NCBI RefSeq assembly: GCF_006345805.1
Contig: NC_042999.1
Location: forward strand, 19,282,001-19,346,000
Length of the DNA: 64,000 nt
Reading direction: 5' to 3'
Source: Octopus sinensis
Taxonomy: Eukaryota
The notes under the pieces were generated by a model. The model did no database searches. It saw nothing but the letters and a program-made list of their open reading frames with translations, and was not told where the DNA came from. Below, in pieces: positions 1-10,900 of the stretch; positions within the stretch are counted from its first letter, which is position 1; each line of letters opens with the position of its first letter. The position numbers were made by a program, and so were the translations under genes.

Positions 1-87
1 TCATAATCTTACGTGGCGGGAAATGCTTGTGTGCGTACATATGTGTGGGTGTCCGCGCGTGCGCGAATGAATATATACGCATACACG

Positions 88-320
88 TCGTCAAAGATTC
101 CGCTTCTTCCATCTAGATTGATGTCCAAGAACTATAATTGTGTGGGTTTCACAACTGCTTAACATTCTGCCAAACATCAAAGAGGGGTTTTCAAAAGCAT
201 TTGGCCAAGTTTTATCAGATATAACAGAAGGAATCGCATCGTCGCAGTAAGAGGCACCAAGAAGGGCGTCCCCGTCCAGCTCGCTACTACACCATATACA
301 GAAAAGAAACCTAAACTCAC
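88..320 (+). mobile_element. Degenerate 3' end of a CR1-type LINE ORF2
   Basis: Frameshifted translation PSRLMSKNYNCVGF..QLLNILPN..VFKS.LAKF.LSDITE parallels the C-terminus of the LINE at 42250-42450 (IGPALFNITP..FKKSLDKFLQTVPD). Confidence 0.45.
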
Positions 321-365
321 TGAAAGGCGGCGCTCCAGCACGGCCACAGCCCCTGGCTGAAACCG

Positions 366-752
366 GTGGCTGTGTGGCAAGAAGCTTGCTTACCAACCAC
401 ATAGTTCTGGTTTCAGCCCCACTGCGTGGTACCTTGGGCAAGTGTCTTCTACTATAGCCTCGGGCCGACCAAAGTCTTGAGAGTAGCTTTGGTAGATGGA
501 AACTGAAAGACGCCCGTCGTATATGAGTGTGTGTGTGCGAATTTGTGTGTCTGTATTTGTCCCCCCTCCGTCGCTTGACGATCAATGTTGGAGTATTTAC
601 GTCCCCGTAACTTAACGGTTCGTCAAAAGAGACCGGTAAAATAAGTAGTAGGCTTACAAAGAATAAGTCCCGGGGTCGATTTCTTCGACTAAAGGTAGTA
701 CCTCAGCATGGCCGCAGTCAAATGATTGAAACACGTGAAAAATAGAAGAAAA
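366..752 (+). mobile_element. SINE family A (tRNA-like head, central microsatellite)
   Basis: ggctgtgtggcaagaagcttgc..ggtttcagccc..accttgggcaagtgtctt head; catggccgcagtcaaatga tail; about 15 copies in the window. Confidence 0.9.
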
Positions 753-894
753 ATAGAATGTGTGTGTGTGTGTGTTTGTGTGTTATAATTTAGAACAAAC
801 AGTAAGTTGTCATTATAATACTCGGAGTTTCGAATGTCGGAGCGAAGAGCCGTTAACAGCCGACGGGAATGTATCGTAGTTCTTCGCTTCGACA

Positions 895-1332
895 TTCGAA
901 ACTCGGCTCCCTGACATGCCTTCAAGAAGATTCAGATGTGAATATCGGGGAATTTGGACGACCTTACAAGCCCCATTTTCTGGTCTAATTTTTCCTCCGA
1001 TTGTAATCTCATTGATTGTAATCTCATTGATGTGGCACACGATTGAGAAATATACCAACCGTTCTACTTGCAAAACCAAGGCTGAGCTGGTGGACAAGAT
1101 CAAAGGAGTTTTCAAACATCTTCTCAGGGTTACAGTGAGATACTCATGCGCCTGCTTCTTGAGCAGTCTTGAGGTCGTGATAGGAGCTGAGGCCACTTTG
1201 AGTGACCTTTTATCACCCAGGAATAATTCAGTTCCTAGCTTTTGATATTTTTAATATTTTTATTTTTAGAAGGAATATTTTGTTTACTTATCCGTTTATC
1301 CAAACTGTCCTGATTATCCCGAATACCCAGTC
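895..1332 (+). mobile_element. maT (DD37D) Tc1/mariner transposase C-terminal remnant
   Basis: NSAP*H..FWSNFSSDCNLID with 37 residues between the (D>N)SAP position and the last D; then WHTIEKYTNRSTCKTKAEL..LEVVIGAE; 15-bp internal duplication gattgtaatctcatt. Confidence 0.85.
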
Positions 1333-1404
1333 AATATTTCCAGATTTTACTCTTTAAACAGTTTACATTCCTAAAAAGAGAGGTCATCGAACTATCGGAT
1401 ATTC

Positions 1405-1780
1405 AATGGATATTTTAACACAGCTTTTGATACCACTGGAATGTTCCAAGGGTGTTAACTGATATCTGCAAGCTATTGAATCAGTATTTAATTAACCGAT
1501 CTCTTACTCTTTACAGGAGAGCAATGTGTCATGTCATTTCATCTAATTACAGTTAAATCAGAGATTGCAAAATCTGTTATTGAATGAAGAACTAGCTTTA
1601 TATTAGCATGTTCAATGTTGACTTGCGCTATATTCTTACTTTCATACATGAATCATGGAAAAATATAGAATGCAATAGCTCTTGAATTGTTCGTAATAAA
1701 CTGCGAAACAATTATTGTATTGTCACTGAAAGCGTTCGCTCTTAAAACAACCAGAACACATGTGGAATGCAGTAGGACAG
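1405..1780. repeat. Unclassified old repeat, paralogous to 14020-14570
   Basis: ggatattttaacacagcttttgata and gagcaatgtgtcatg..gaagaactagct..tagcatg blocks are shared with the 14 kb locus. Confidence 0.7.
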
Positions 1781-3018
1781 AAGAAGCTTTAGGTAAAATA
1801 TCAGTGCTGATATTAAATTCATCTGTTATAAAGTTCGTTTGTTTTGTAATATGTCTTCCACTTCTGATAAATATTCCATTGCCATACATCAAGTGGATGG
1901 TGGACAAATATATTTATCTCGTAAAATAAGCATGATATTATGATGGAAACTATAACCAAATATCACTACCATACAGCTTATTTTTTCATAGAAGGAAGGA
2001 CGCAATATATAATGTGGTTCTAGACGAACTGTACTGAGACAAAGACAAGATGGACACGGTTCAAAAGTCAAGTTCAATATTTATATTAGGCTAAACGATA
2101 CTACAAATATACGTTGAAACCATTAAGCAACATCCTAGAAACAATAAGCGGTACAAAGTCTCGAGAAACGGTACATATTCCTTTAAGTTAGACCCAGTCT
2201 GCCGCAGTTAATATGATCCTTGTGCTTTTCTATTGAAGTCAACTTCTCTTATAGTCATTTGGAGTAGGTCACTGGTATAAGGTTAATTCTACAGTTGTAG
2301 ATTTATCCTCTTCTTTCTACTTCAGAATTGGAGGCCGGTCTCGATAATGGATGGGTGTTTCCCTTCTGACTAAGCCACAATCATTTTATTTTATAATTAT
2401 TCTCTCAGAAGTTCTTGGATGTATTTCCAACAGAGCTAAAATTAAATCAAATTAAATCCAACACAGCTACATATAAACAACAGTTGTTGCTAACATGTTA
2501 ATTTACTCTACACGCAATAATATCACTCGTAGAGAAGTATACAACTCGCCGATTCTATTTCCAGAATACAAAGGAAGTATTAATCAAATCACCAAACTAA
2601 CAATTCCAAAATGCAAACATTCAAAGACCACCAACAGATTGAAGCAATACAAATCCTAGCTACGCACACCAACACTACAGAAGACAATTACTGTATAATG
2701 CTATTCTCAATGCGCTTGCTCTCCCATCTGGAACAAACACAAAACACAAACACTCACCGAAATAGCTACAATATTAATTTCATATCTAGATTTAAAACAT
2801 ATACTGTTTTACTAAGCAATCATATTACATAAATAAAAAAAGAGAAATTAAATTTTCACGCAACAACATCAAATGCGTCTAAACTAACCACCTTTATTTC
2901 AATCACATCGTTGATTTTAGACTCAGTTTCAATGTTTTCTTCATATTTTGGTGTACACAGGAACCAAAACACAACAAATCGTTTACTTAACACTCTGAAG
3001 CCTATTGAAATGAAAATA

Positions 3019-3412
3019 GTGACTGTGTGGTAAGTAGCTTGCTTGAGAACCACATGGTTCCGGGTTCAGTCCCGCTGCGTGGCATCTTTGGCAAGTGTCT
3101 TCTGCTATAGCCCCGGGCTGACCAATGCCTTGTGAGTGGATTTAGTAGACGGAAACTGAAAGAAGCCTGTCGTATATATGTATATATATATATGTGTGTG
3201 TGTTTGTGTGTCTGTGTTTGTCCCCCTAGCATTGCTTGACAACCGATGCTGGTGTGTTTACGCCCCCGTAACTTAGCGGTTCGGTAAAAGAGACCGATAG
3301 AATAAGAACTAGGCATCCAAAGAATAACACCTGGGGTCGATTTGCTCGACTAAAGGCGGAGCTCCAACATGGCCACAGTCAAATGACTGAAACAAGTAAA
3401 AGAGTAAAAGAG
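3019..3412 (+). mobile_element. SINE family A
   Basis: Full head, TA/TG tract, tail gaaacaagtaaaagagtaaaagag. Confidence 0.9.
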
Positions 3413-3496
3413 AGAAATAAATTCTAGCAAGGAAATATGGATCATAAGAACACAAGAATGTGTTACTTAATGTAGTAGTAGTAGTAGTAGTAGTAA

Positions 3497-3700
3497 TTCC
3501 TTCGCTGCCTGAGATTTTGGGGTAGGGATGCTCGTCGATTACATCGACCTCAGAGTTTGAATGGTACTGAATTTATCGACCCCGAAAGGATGAAAGGCAA
3601 AGACGACCTCGGCGGAATTTGAACTCAGAAGGTAGCGGCAGACGAAATACGGCTACGCATTTCGCCCGGCGTTCTAACGTTTCAACCAGCTCGCTGCGTT
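3497..3700 (-). mobile_element. SINE family B (tRNA head plus gaggtcgactttgcctttcatcctttcggggtcgat core)
   Basis: Reverse complement of the B head and core. Confidence 0.85.
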
Positions 3701-4782
3701 GGGTGACTCTAATACAGTGTGCGTATAATCGGACGTGCGTGTGAAAATGTTCTATTTGTTGTTAACTGAAATGGGACACATGAATAAATTCATCCATTGT
3801 CTTTACCTTCAAAATAAACAGAGAAAAATCAATAACATTGACAAGGTGGAATTTACCTGACAGAAGAACTGTAATTTTTTTTTTTTTTTTTTTGCAAACA
3901 TAGGTAATGGGGAAAAACATTAGAATGATTAAAATACTTGAACAGAATAACGCAATAACATAGATTATATCAGATTAAGAATTCTTTATAGTTTGTCAGG
4001 GCTTCATGTAACCAGCGGATACGGTGGATGTGGGTTATCGTTAACAACCAGTTTCTATAAGTAATTTCGGGTCCTTTTTTAAAAAATATTTCTGAAACGG
4101 GGAGAGAATAAGAAAAGAAAATTTTAAAGAAATTGTGACAGATGGAAAGAGAATAAGAAATAATTCCAATAATACGATGTGTTTTATTTCTATTATATAA
4201 CGTTTTCGATTTATAAGACTGTGTTAGCTTATTTTAATATTTTTATTTGTTGCGTCTATGTTTTTTTAACGAAATGAAATGTTTTTGGAAGAAATACGAC
4301 ATAAAATCATTAAAATAAAATGGCCAATGACTTCGTTTCCGTAAGGATATTTCCAAGCTCTTATTTCCGTTTTAATTAATTATGAATAGCGATCAGACTA
4401 AACTATTTTTAAACTTTAGAAAAAATAATTCGCAAACTTAGTTTCAAGTAGGAATTGAGCAAGTGGTTATTCGATATGCAAAAAAAAAATTGCAACACAC
4501 AATCAATATGAGCTATCATCTTAAAAAGAAAGGATATATTAGATAGTGTAATCTTAGATAAACTGTGCCAAGAAAAAAATCATTTTCTTGTTTAAGGCAA
4601 GCTATGAATTAATCATACGTCCGCCTGATCAGGTTTGACCTAAGGCTAAACAACGGGAATGAATTTATTTAATTAGATATAAATATGAGAATATTGCAAC
4701 GTTGATTCTTAAAGAGAAGATATTTTTAGGCCACGCTAATTAACAAAATGAATTTGATTTCTAGCAAGAAATTACTTTATAT

Positions 4783-5004
4783 CACTCTTTACTCTTTTAT
4801 TTGTTTCAGTCATTTGACTGCGGCCATGCTGGAGCACCACCTTTAGTCGAGCAAATCGACCCCACGACTTATTCTCTGGAAGCCTAGTTCTTATTCTTCC
4901 CGCCACTTTTGCCGAACCGCTAAGTTACGGTGACGTAAACACACCAGCATCGATTGTCGAGCGACGTTGGGGGGACAAACACAGACACACAAACATATAC
5001 ATAT

Positions 5005-5100
<96 letters not shown>

Positions 5101-5262
5101 GACGGGCTTCTCTCAGCTTCTGTCTACCAAATCCACTCACAAGGCTTTGGTCGGCCCGATACAATAGTAGAAGACACTTGCCCAAGGTGCCACGCAATGG
5201 GACTGAACCTGGAACCATGTGGTTGGTAAGCAAGCTACTCTCCACACAGCCACCCCTGCGCC
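4783..5262 (-). mobile_element. SINE family A with expanded (AT)n
   Basis: Full-length reverse copy. Confidence 0.9.
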
Positions 5263-6269
5263 TTAATTATATTAATTATATTAATTAGCATAAATATAAG
5301 GTTGAATATTTTGAATTGTAGCATTCGATTTCTCACATTGTAGAACGAGAATGTGGTTATAATTTTCTATACTTTTCTTGAATTGGTTCAACTGATGAAT
5401 ATGCTGCTTATTGAAAATTTCTGTAAGATAATAATTATAGACAAACATTGTAATTAAAAAAAAATTCGTGAGCAGAGTGAGTGGTAATGTGTGCGATTTA
5501 CCTCACCCCCTACTCCTCTACTCTACATCACCCCTTCACGCAACGTGGTGAAACGTGAGGAAAACTTTTGAGGTACAGTAGAGTAGGAGAAGAAATATAG
5601 AGCAAAGGCGCATAATCTTGGCATTTTAGGTGAGCAATGCCTACCTATAAAAGATGGTGCATTATCTTTTTGTGAATTCTATCCAAGCAGGTTCATTATT
5701 TAAACTTGATGCACTTTATTTTTAAAATGATATTAACATTCAGAAACAACGATGAAATTAGACTGAGGCATTATATATCGCTAATGCAAGATACTGCGTT
5801 TTTGTTTGTTTGGGGATTTTTTGAATCAATTTTGCAAAATTTATTTGTTCAGCGTGCTAGCCCTCACACTTGCAACAAACATCGTACGCCCTTGCTGAAG
5901 AGATTGATCCATTAGTTTGTGCATGGTAAAAGTCGTTTGGATCTTATTTGCCCATTTAATGCCATTCTACGACACATCGCATAGGCCTAGAAAGTATTTA
6001 GTTGAAGTTAAGATAATGGAATTGGAATTATATGTCAACGAAATGTCTGTGCCTGAAGATTTCATGGCCAAATGCGTAAGAATCCTAATTGTAAACTATA
6101 GAATTGATAGTTGCATGGGAAGTATTGACTTAATGCCTTAATTCTATTACTACAGACGGCACTAATATTCGGTAGAAAAGTTTGTACAAGGAAATTCACT
6201 GACTAACACTCTAAGTTTTGATCCCTATGATTGTAATAATACGCGATAGATGTGACTGTACCAGTAGAG

Positions 6270-6712
6270 GTATACTTGTACTTATACTTGTGACGGCGTT
6301 CACCCAGGGCGGGTTGAGCCGGCTTCTTCTCTGGTCCTGACGGCATCACGAACCATGGCGGCCCACGCTCGGCGGTCCCGAGCGAGGTCACAGGAGATAG
6401 CGAGCCATTTGCGGTTCCATCTGCGCAGACCGACCACCTGCGAACCTGAGAGTTCGGAGAGGTCCTCCTTTATCGTTGTTGCCCAGGTCTTCAGCTGACC
6501 GCCCGTGCGTTTGCTCCAGTTGGTAAGTGGAGGTGGGAGAGGGACATCGCGAATCAGCTCACCCCCTGGACACCGGGCCGCATGACCGGACCACCTTAAG
6601 CGCCGTTGTAGAAACACCGAAGGGAGGGCCCGGAGATTCAGGCGATGACGAAGACCGGCTGTAGGAACCCGATCAATACGTCGGCAACGAAGAATGCGGT
6701 GGAGACAGAAGA
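6270..6712 (-). mobile_element. RTE-clade LINE 3' end
   Basis: RRLRWSGHAAR..GGQLKTWATTIKEDL..DRRAWAAMVRDAV..GSTRPG* followed by short caagta tail repeats. Confidence 0.9.
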
Positions 6713-6726
6713 GGTATGATTAGATA

Positions 6727-6960
6727 TCTATTTCTTTACTACCCACAAGGGGCTAAATACAAAGAAGACAAACAAGGACAGACAAACGAATTAAGTCGAT
6801 TATATCGATCCCAGTGCGTAACTAGTACTTATTTAATCGACCCCGAAAGGATGAAAGGCAAAGTCGACCTCGGCGGAATTTGAACTCAGAATGTAACCAC
6901 AGACGAAATGCCACTAAGCATTTCGCCCGGCGTGCTAACGTATCTACCAGCTCGCCGCCT
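6727..6960 (-). mobile_element. SINE family B (B1 tail) with 17-bp TSD
   Basis: TSD aggtatgattagatatc at 6712-6728 and 6968-6984. Confidence 0.92.
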
Positions 6961-7595
6961 TATGATTAGGTATGATTAGATATCGGTTTCACATTTATCT
7001 CGGCATAGTAACTAGCTACATGCATGCTGACATTCTTTGTCTTACATGTTATGGTGTGATTTGAAAGAGAGAGAGAGGGTGAGTTGTTTTCTATTTCTAG
7101 TAGCAGGAGCAACTGCGTTCTATCACTCCAATCAGTCTCAAATTCTCTGTAATCAATAACATAGATATATGTAATATATAATATAATACAGCGTAGTTCA
7201 TTCACTCACCACCAAGTAAACTATTATTATTAGTATAATTGTCCACATACTCACATGCAAAAAAAAAATTTAAATGAAGAAATTGTAAAGCATCCAAAAA
7301 GTAATGAAAAGCAATTAAATGTGCACTGATTTGTTTAGTCTTGTAATTGACAGATATATAATCATTGCTAATTAAATTTACTTAGCGTAAAATTTTTACT
7401 TATTATATGTGATGAAGTATATGAGGGTTGAAGAGCAACTAACTCAATTGTGAGACAAATCAAATAAATTATAGTCATACTGAGACTTTATACTAATGCC
7501 TGCAGGGGGAGGTTACTCTGTGCAGGTGTCCGACACTCATCTGATGGGGGTTAAACATTGATGTATTATGTTTACAACTTAATAACAACAATCGC

Positions 7596-7850
7596 AAAGC
7601 TGTGACACGAAGAGATATTGATAAATCGGGTATAGCTGATCATGTATGGAAAAATGGAGACCACCTCCCTCTGCGGGATGAAGTTGAAATAATAGACAGA
7701 GAACACCACTGGAAAATACGAACACTAAAAGAAGCAGCACATATACTAGGATACAACAACCTCCTAAGCAGACCGAGTACAGATATGAGTAGCATATGGG
7801 AACCAGTATTAAGGAAGGATAGGAAAATATTAGATTTTATAAGACCTAAA
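7596..7850 (+). mobile_element. Penelope-like element GIY-YIG endonuclease C-terminal fragment
   Basis: KSGIADHVWKNGDHLPLRDEVEIIDREHHWKIRTLKEAAHI..NLLSRPS..IWEPVL matches the PLE endonuclease tail pattern. Confidence 0.85.
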
Positions 7851-7879
7851 ATTCACTCCATAATTGCCCACGGACATAT

Positions 7880-8085
7880 GGCGTAGTGGTTAAGAGCGCG
7901 GGGTACTAACCCCAAGATTCCGAGTTCGATTCCAAGCAGTGATAATAAAATACCTTAGAAATGAGAACCCAGGTTCGAAATTTCCCCAAGACACCTGAGG
8001 AAGGCTGAAGGTTATATCAGCGGAAACGTTGTGTTAACAACAAACAAGATGAGGACAAATATCAGTTGAATGTAAATGATGTAAA
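7880..8085 (+). mobile_element. tRNA-headed SINE with Penelope-type HHR tail (family E, copy 1)
   Basis: A box ggcgtagtggttaagagc, B box gagttcgattcc; tail shared with 56958-57275. Confidence 0.8.
7990..8035 (+). ncRNA. Type I hammerhead ribozyme motif (variant)
   Basis: gacac-CTGAGGA-a-ggctga/tcagcg-GAAAC-GTT-gtgtt; base pair of stem II mutated. Confidence 0.6.
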
Positions 8086-8334
8086 AAATTAACAGCAATC
8101 CATCCTAGATGTTTCTTTCTCGTTTCCATCTTCTCGATTACAAACCTTCACGTCAAAATCCCCTTTTTATCATCCTTGTCATAGAATTCGCACTGATTCC
8201 TACGTTTGGTCCTTCCCAGAATTTCGGCGATCTGGTATTCCTACCCTACTCATGTGTTTCCCTGGAGTGTTGCCTTTAAGAATTTCATAAGGAAACATTA
8301 TTTGATTATAATATTCTCTGACGGAAGAAAATGC

Positions 8335-8408
8335 TTTCTGCTATAGCCCTGGGCCGACCAGGGCTATAGTTTCCAATTTGGTGGACGGAAACTGAAAGTA
8401 GCCCGTCG

Positions 8409-8410
<2 letters not shown>
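8335..8410 (+). mobile_element. SINE A 5' half (split by the HHR array)
   Basis: ctatagccctgggccgacc..ggacggaaactgaaagtagcccgtcg then (AT)n. Confidence 0.75.
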
Positions 8411-8472
<62 letters not shown>

Positions 8473-8629
8473 TGGCAGGGCTGGCCTGCTAGGTAGCCTG
8501 CCAGAATGCTAGAAATAGATCATCAACGATCAAACTACAAGGGAAATTCTCTAGAGGAAGAATTCAGCGAACACCAGAACCAAATTTGGCGGGCAGGACA
8601 TACGAAAAATTAATTAAAAAACAGACTTA

Positions 8630-8705
8630 AATGCATACCTCGGTTTCAGTCTTAACAAAAGAATTACTTGCATAATTCAAGTGTCCGTGACTTCTTCAGT
8701 ACATT
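8630..8705 (-). ncRNA. Type I hammerhead ribozyme
   Basis: Reverse complement of the motif at 8900-8975. Confidence 0.85.
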
Positions 8706-8899
8706 CGGTCCTCGAGATGCAAACCGCAAGACTAACCCCAGCTCTCTGTGTCAAGACAGACACGTGCTTAGTCTTACTGATTACATCGGGAATAAAATTT
8801 CAAATGTCTTGGTTCCGGCGCGCTAAGGGACTCCTGAAGCGAAGGGCTGCAGTGAATAATTCACTGCGGGTAAAGCTTACTACTAGGGAAGTACTAGGG

Positions 8900-8975
8900 A
8901 ATGTACTGAAGAAGTCACGGACACTTGAATTATGCAAGTAATTCTTTTGTTAAGACTGAAACCGAGGTATGCATT
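8900..8975 (+). ncRNA. Type I hammerhead ribozyme
   Basis: Stem I aatgta/tgcatt, core CTGAAGA (8906-8912), stem II agtc/gact, GAAA, stem III acc/ggt, GUA site after 8969. Confidence 0.88.
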
Positions 8976-9445
8976 TAAGTCTGTTTTTTATTTAATTTTT
9001 CATATGTCCTGCCCGCCAAATTTGGTTCTGGTGTTCGCTGAATTCTTCCTCTAGAGAATTTCCCTTGTAGTTTGATCGTTGATGATCTATTTCTAGCATT
9101 CTGGCCGGCTACCTAGCAGGCCAGCCCTGCCAATATACACATATATTTGAATTTTCTCTGACTCCTCAGATTTTTTGAATGCTGGACTACTGGTTTTAAA
9201 TTGATATTAAAATTAATATTAAGTTATCTCCCTCAATTTTTAAATATTTAAATAAATACGTTCCCTAGTAGTAAGCTTTACCCGCAGTGAATTATTCACT
9301 GCAGCCCTTCGCTTCAGGAGTCCCTTAGCGCGCCGGAACCAAGACATTTGAAATTTTATTCCCGATGTAATCAGTAAGACTAAGCACGTGTCTATCTTGA
9401 CACAGAGAGCTGGGGTTAGTCTTTCAGTTTGCATCTCGAGGACCG

Positions 9446-9521
9446 AATGTACTGAAGAAGTCACGGACACTTGAATTCTGCAAGTAATTCTTTTGTTAAG
9501 ACTGAAACCGAGGTATGCATT
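9446..9521 (+). ncRNA. Type I hammerhead ribozyme
   Basis: Same motif with core at 9452-9458 and GUA site after 9515. Confidence 0.88.
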
Positions 9522-9854
9522 TAAGTCTGTTTTTTATTTAATTTTTCATATGTCCTGCCCGCCAAATTTGGTTCTGGTGTTCGCTGAATTCTTCCTCTAG
9601 AGAATTTCCCTTGTAGTTTGATCGTTGATGATCTATTTCTAGCATTCTGGCCGGCTACCTAGCAGGCCAGCCCTGCCAATATACACATATATTTGAATTT
9701 TCTCTGACTCCTCAGATTTTTTGAATGCTGGACTACTGGTTTTAAATTGATATTAAAATTAATATTAATTTATCTCCCTCAATTTTTAAATATTTATATA
9801 TATATATATATATATATATACTTAGATATACATACATATCTATGAGTGTGTGCG

Positions 9855-10080
9855 CGTGCAGATGTGTCACTGTGTGTGCGTTTGTCTCCATTACCTTGAA
9901 AACCAGTGTTACTTTGTGTATGTTCCTGTAACCTAATGGTTCGGAAATGGAGGCCAATAGAAGTAATAAGCTTTAAAAAACAATAAAAACTGAGTTCGAT
10001 TCATTTGACTAAAATCCTTTCAAGATAATGCCCCAGAATGGCCGCAGTTCAATGACCTGAAATAAACAAAATATAGAAGA
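9855..10080 (+). mobile_element. SINE A 3' half (old, diverged)
   Basis: gtgtgtgcgtttgtctcc..gaatggccgcagttcaatgacctgaaataaacaaaat. Confidence 0.7.
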
Positions 10081-10516
10081 TATGATTGTAACTGCGTTTA
10101 CAGTTTGCTACCGTACTTCATTTTCAAACACATAAGAACTGCTTTTTTAATTTGACTGGAAAAGTACTAAAAACAGAAGCAAAACATGAATAAAAATTTA
10201 ATATAAACATTTCATATAGTTTGAAAATTTAATGAATTCGAAATATTATGGACAATAAAATATCAATATTTTTGACAATGCGAAGTATACCGAATATCGT
10301 TAATGCAGTACTTTTTTTAAAAACATATTGATAATAGAAATAAAGGATAGGGGTATTGCATTTGTTTGAAGAGAATAAAGTAATAATGTAGAAAATATTA
10401 AACTGGAAATATCTGTTCATTGTGAGTTTCATGCAAGAAGCAGACATGATGATTTTAATGTAGTCACATGGAGTAGAGGCGACATCAAGTAGAACGTTCA
10501 TTTAAACTTGCACAGG

Positions 10517-10900
10517 GGCTGTGTGGTAACCACTTGGTTCCGGGTTCAGTCCCACTGCGTGGCACCTTGGGCGGCAAGTGTCTTCTACTATAGCCTCGGG
10601 CCGACCAAAGCCTTGTGAGTGGATCTGGTAGTCGGAAACTGAAAGAAGCCCATCGTGTATATGTATATGAATACATATATGTGTGTGTGTGTTTGTGAGT
10701 CTGTGTTTGTTCCCCCCAACATCGCTTGACAACCGATGCTGATGTGTTTACGTTCCAGTAACTTAGCGGTTCAGCAAAAGAGAAAGATAGAATAAGTACT
10801 AGGCTTACACAGATAAGTCCTGGGGTCGATTTACTCGACTAAAGGTGGTGCTCCAGCATGGCCGCAGTCGAATGTCTAAAACAAGTAAAAGAGTAAAGAG
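10517..10900 (+). mobile_element. SINE family A
   Basis: Head (short deletion), core and tail present. Confidence 0.9.

Larger units (their letters stand above)
8465..9795. mobile_element. Inverted plus tandem repeat array with three hammerheads (Penelope pLTR / retrozyme-like)
   Basis: Order rc(B')-rc(A)-B-A-B; direct repeat period 546 bp; near-identical copies; flanked by (AT)n. Confidence 0.85.

Noticed and set aside
2326-2369. Possible terminal exon ELEAGLDNGWVFPF*
   Set aside because: Good acceptor, but it is very short and no upstream exon was found.
8100-8300. Possible RTE C-terminal relic on the minus strand
   Set aside because: Similarity too weak to support.
8681-9470. Duplicated 76-86 aa ORFs MSVTSSVHSV..
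   Set aside because: They are antisense to the HHR repeat, start at non-ATG codons and have no recognisable domain.
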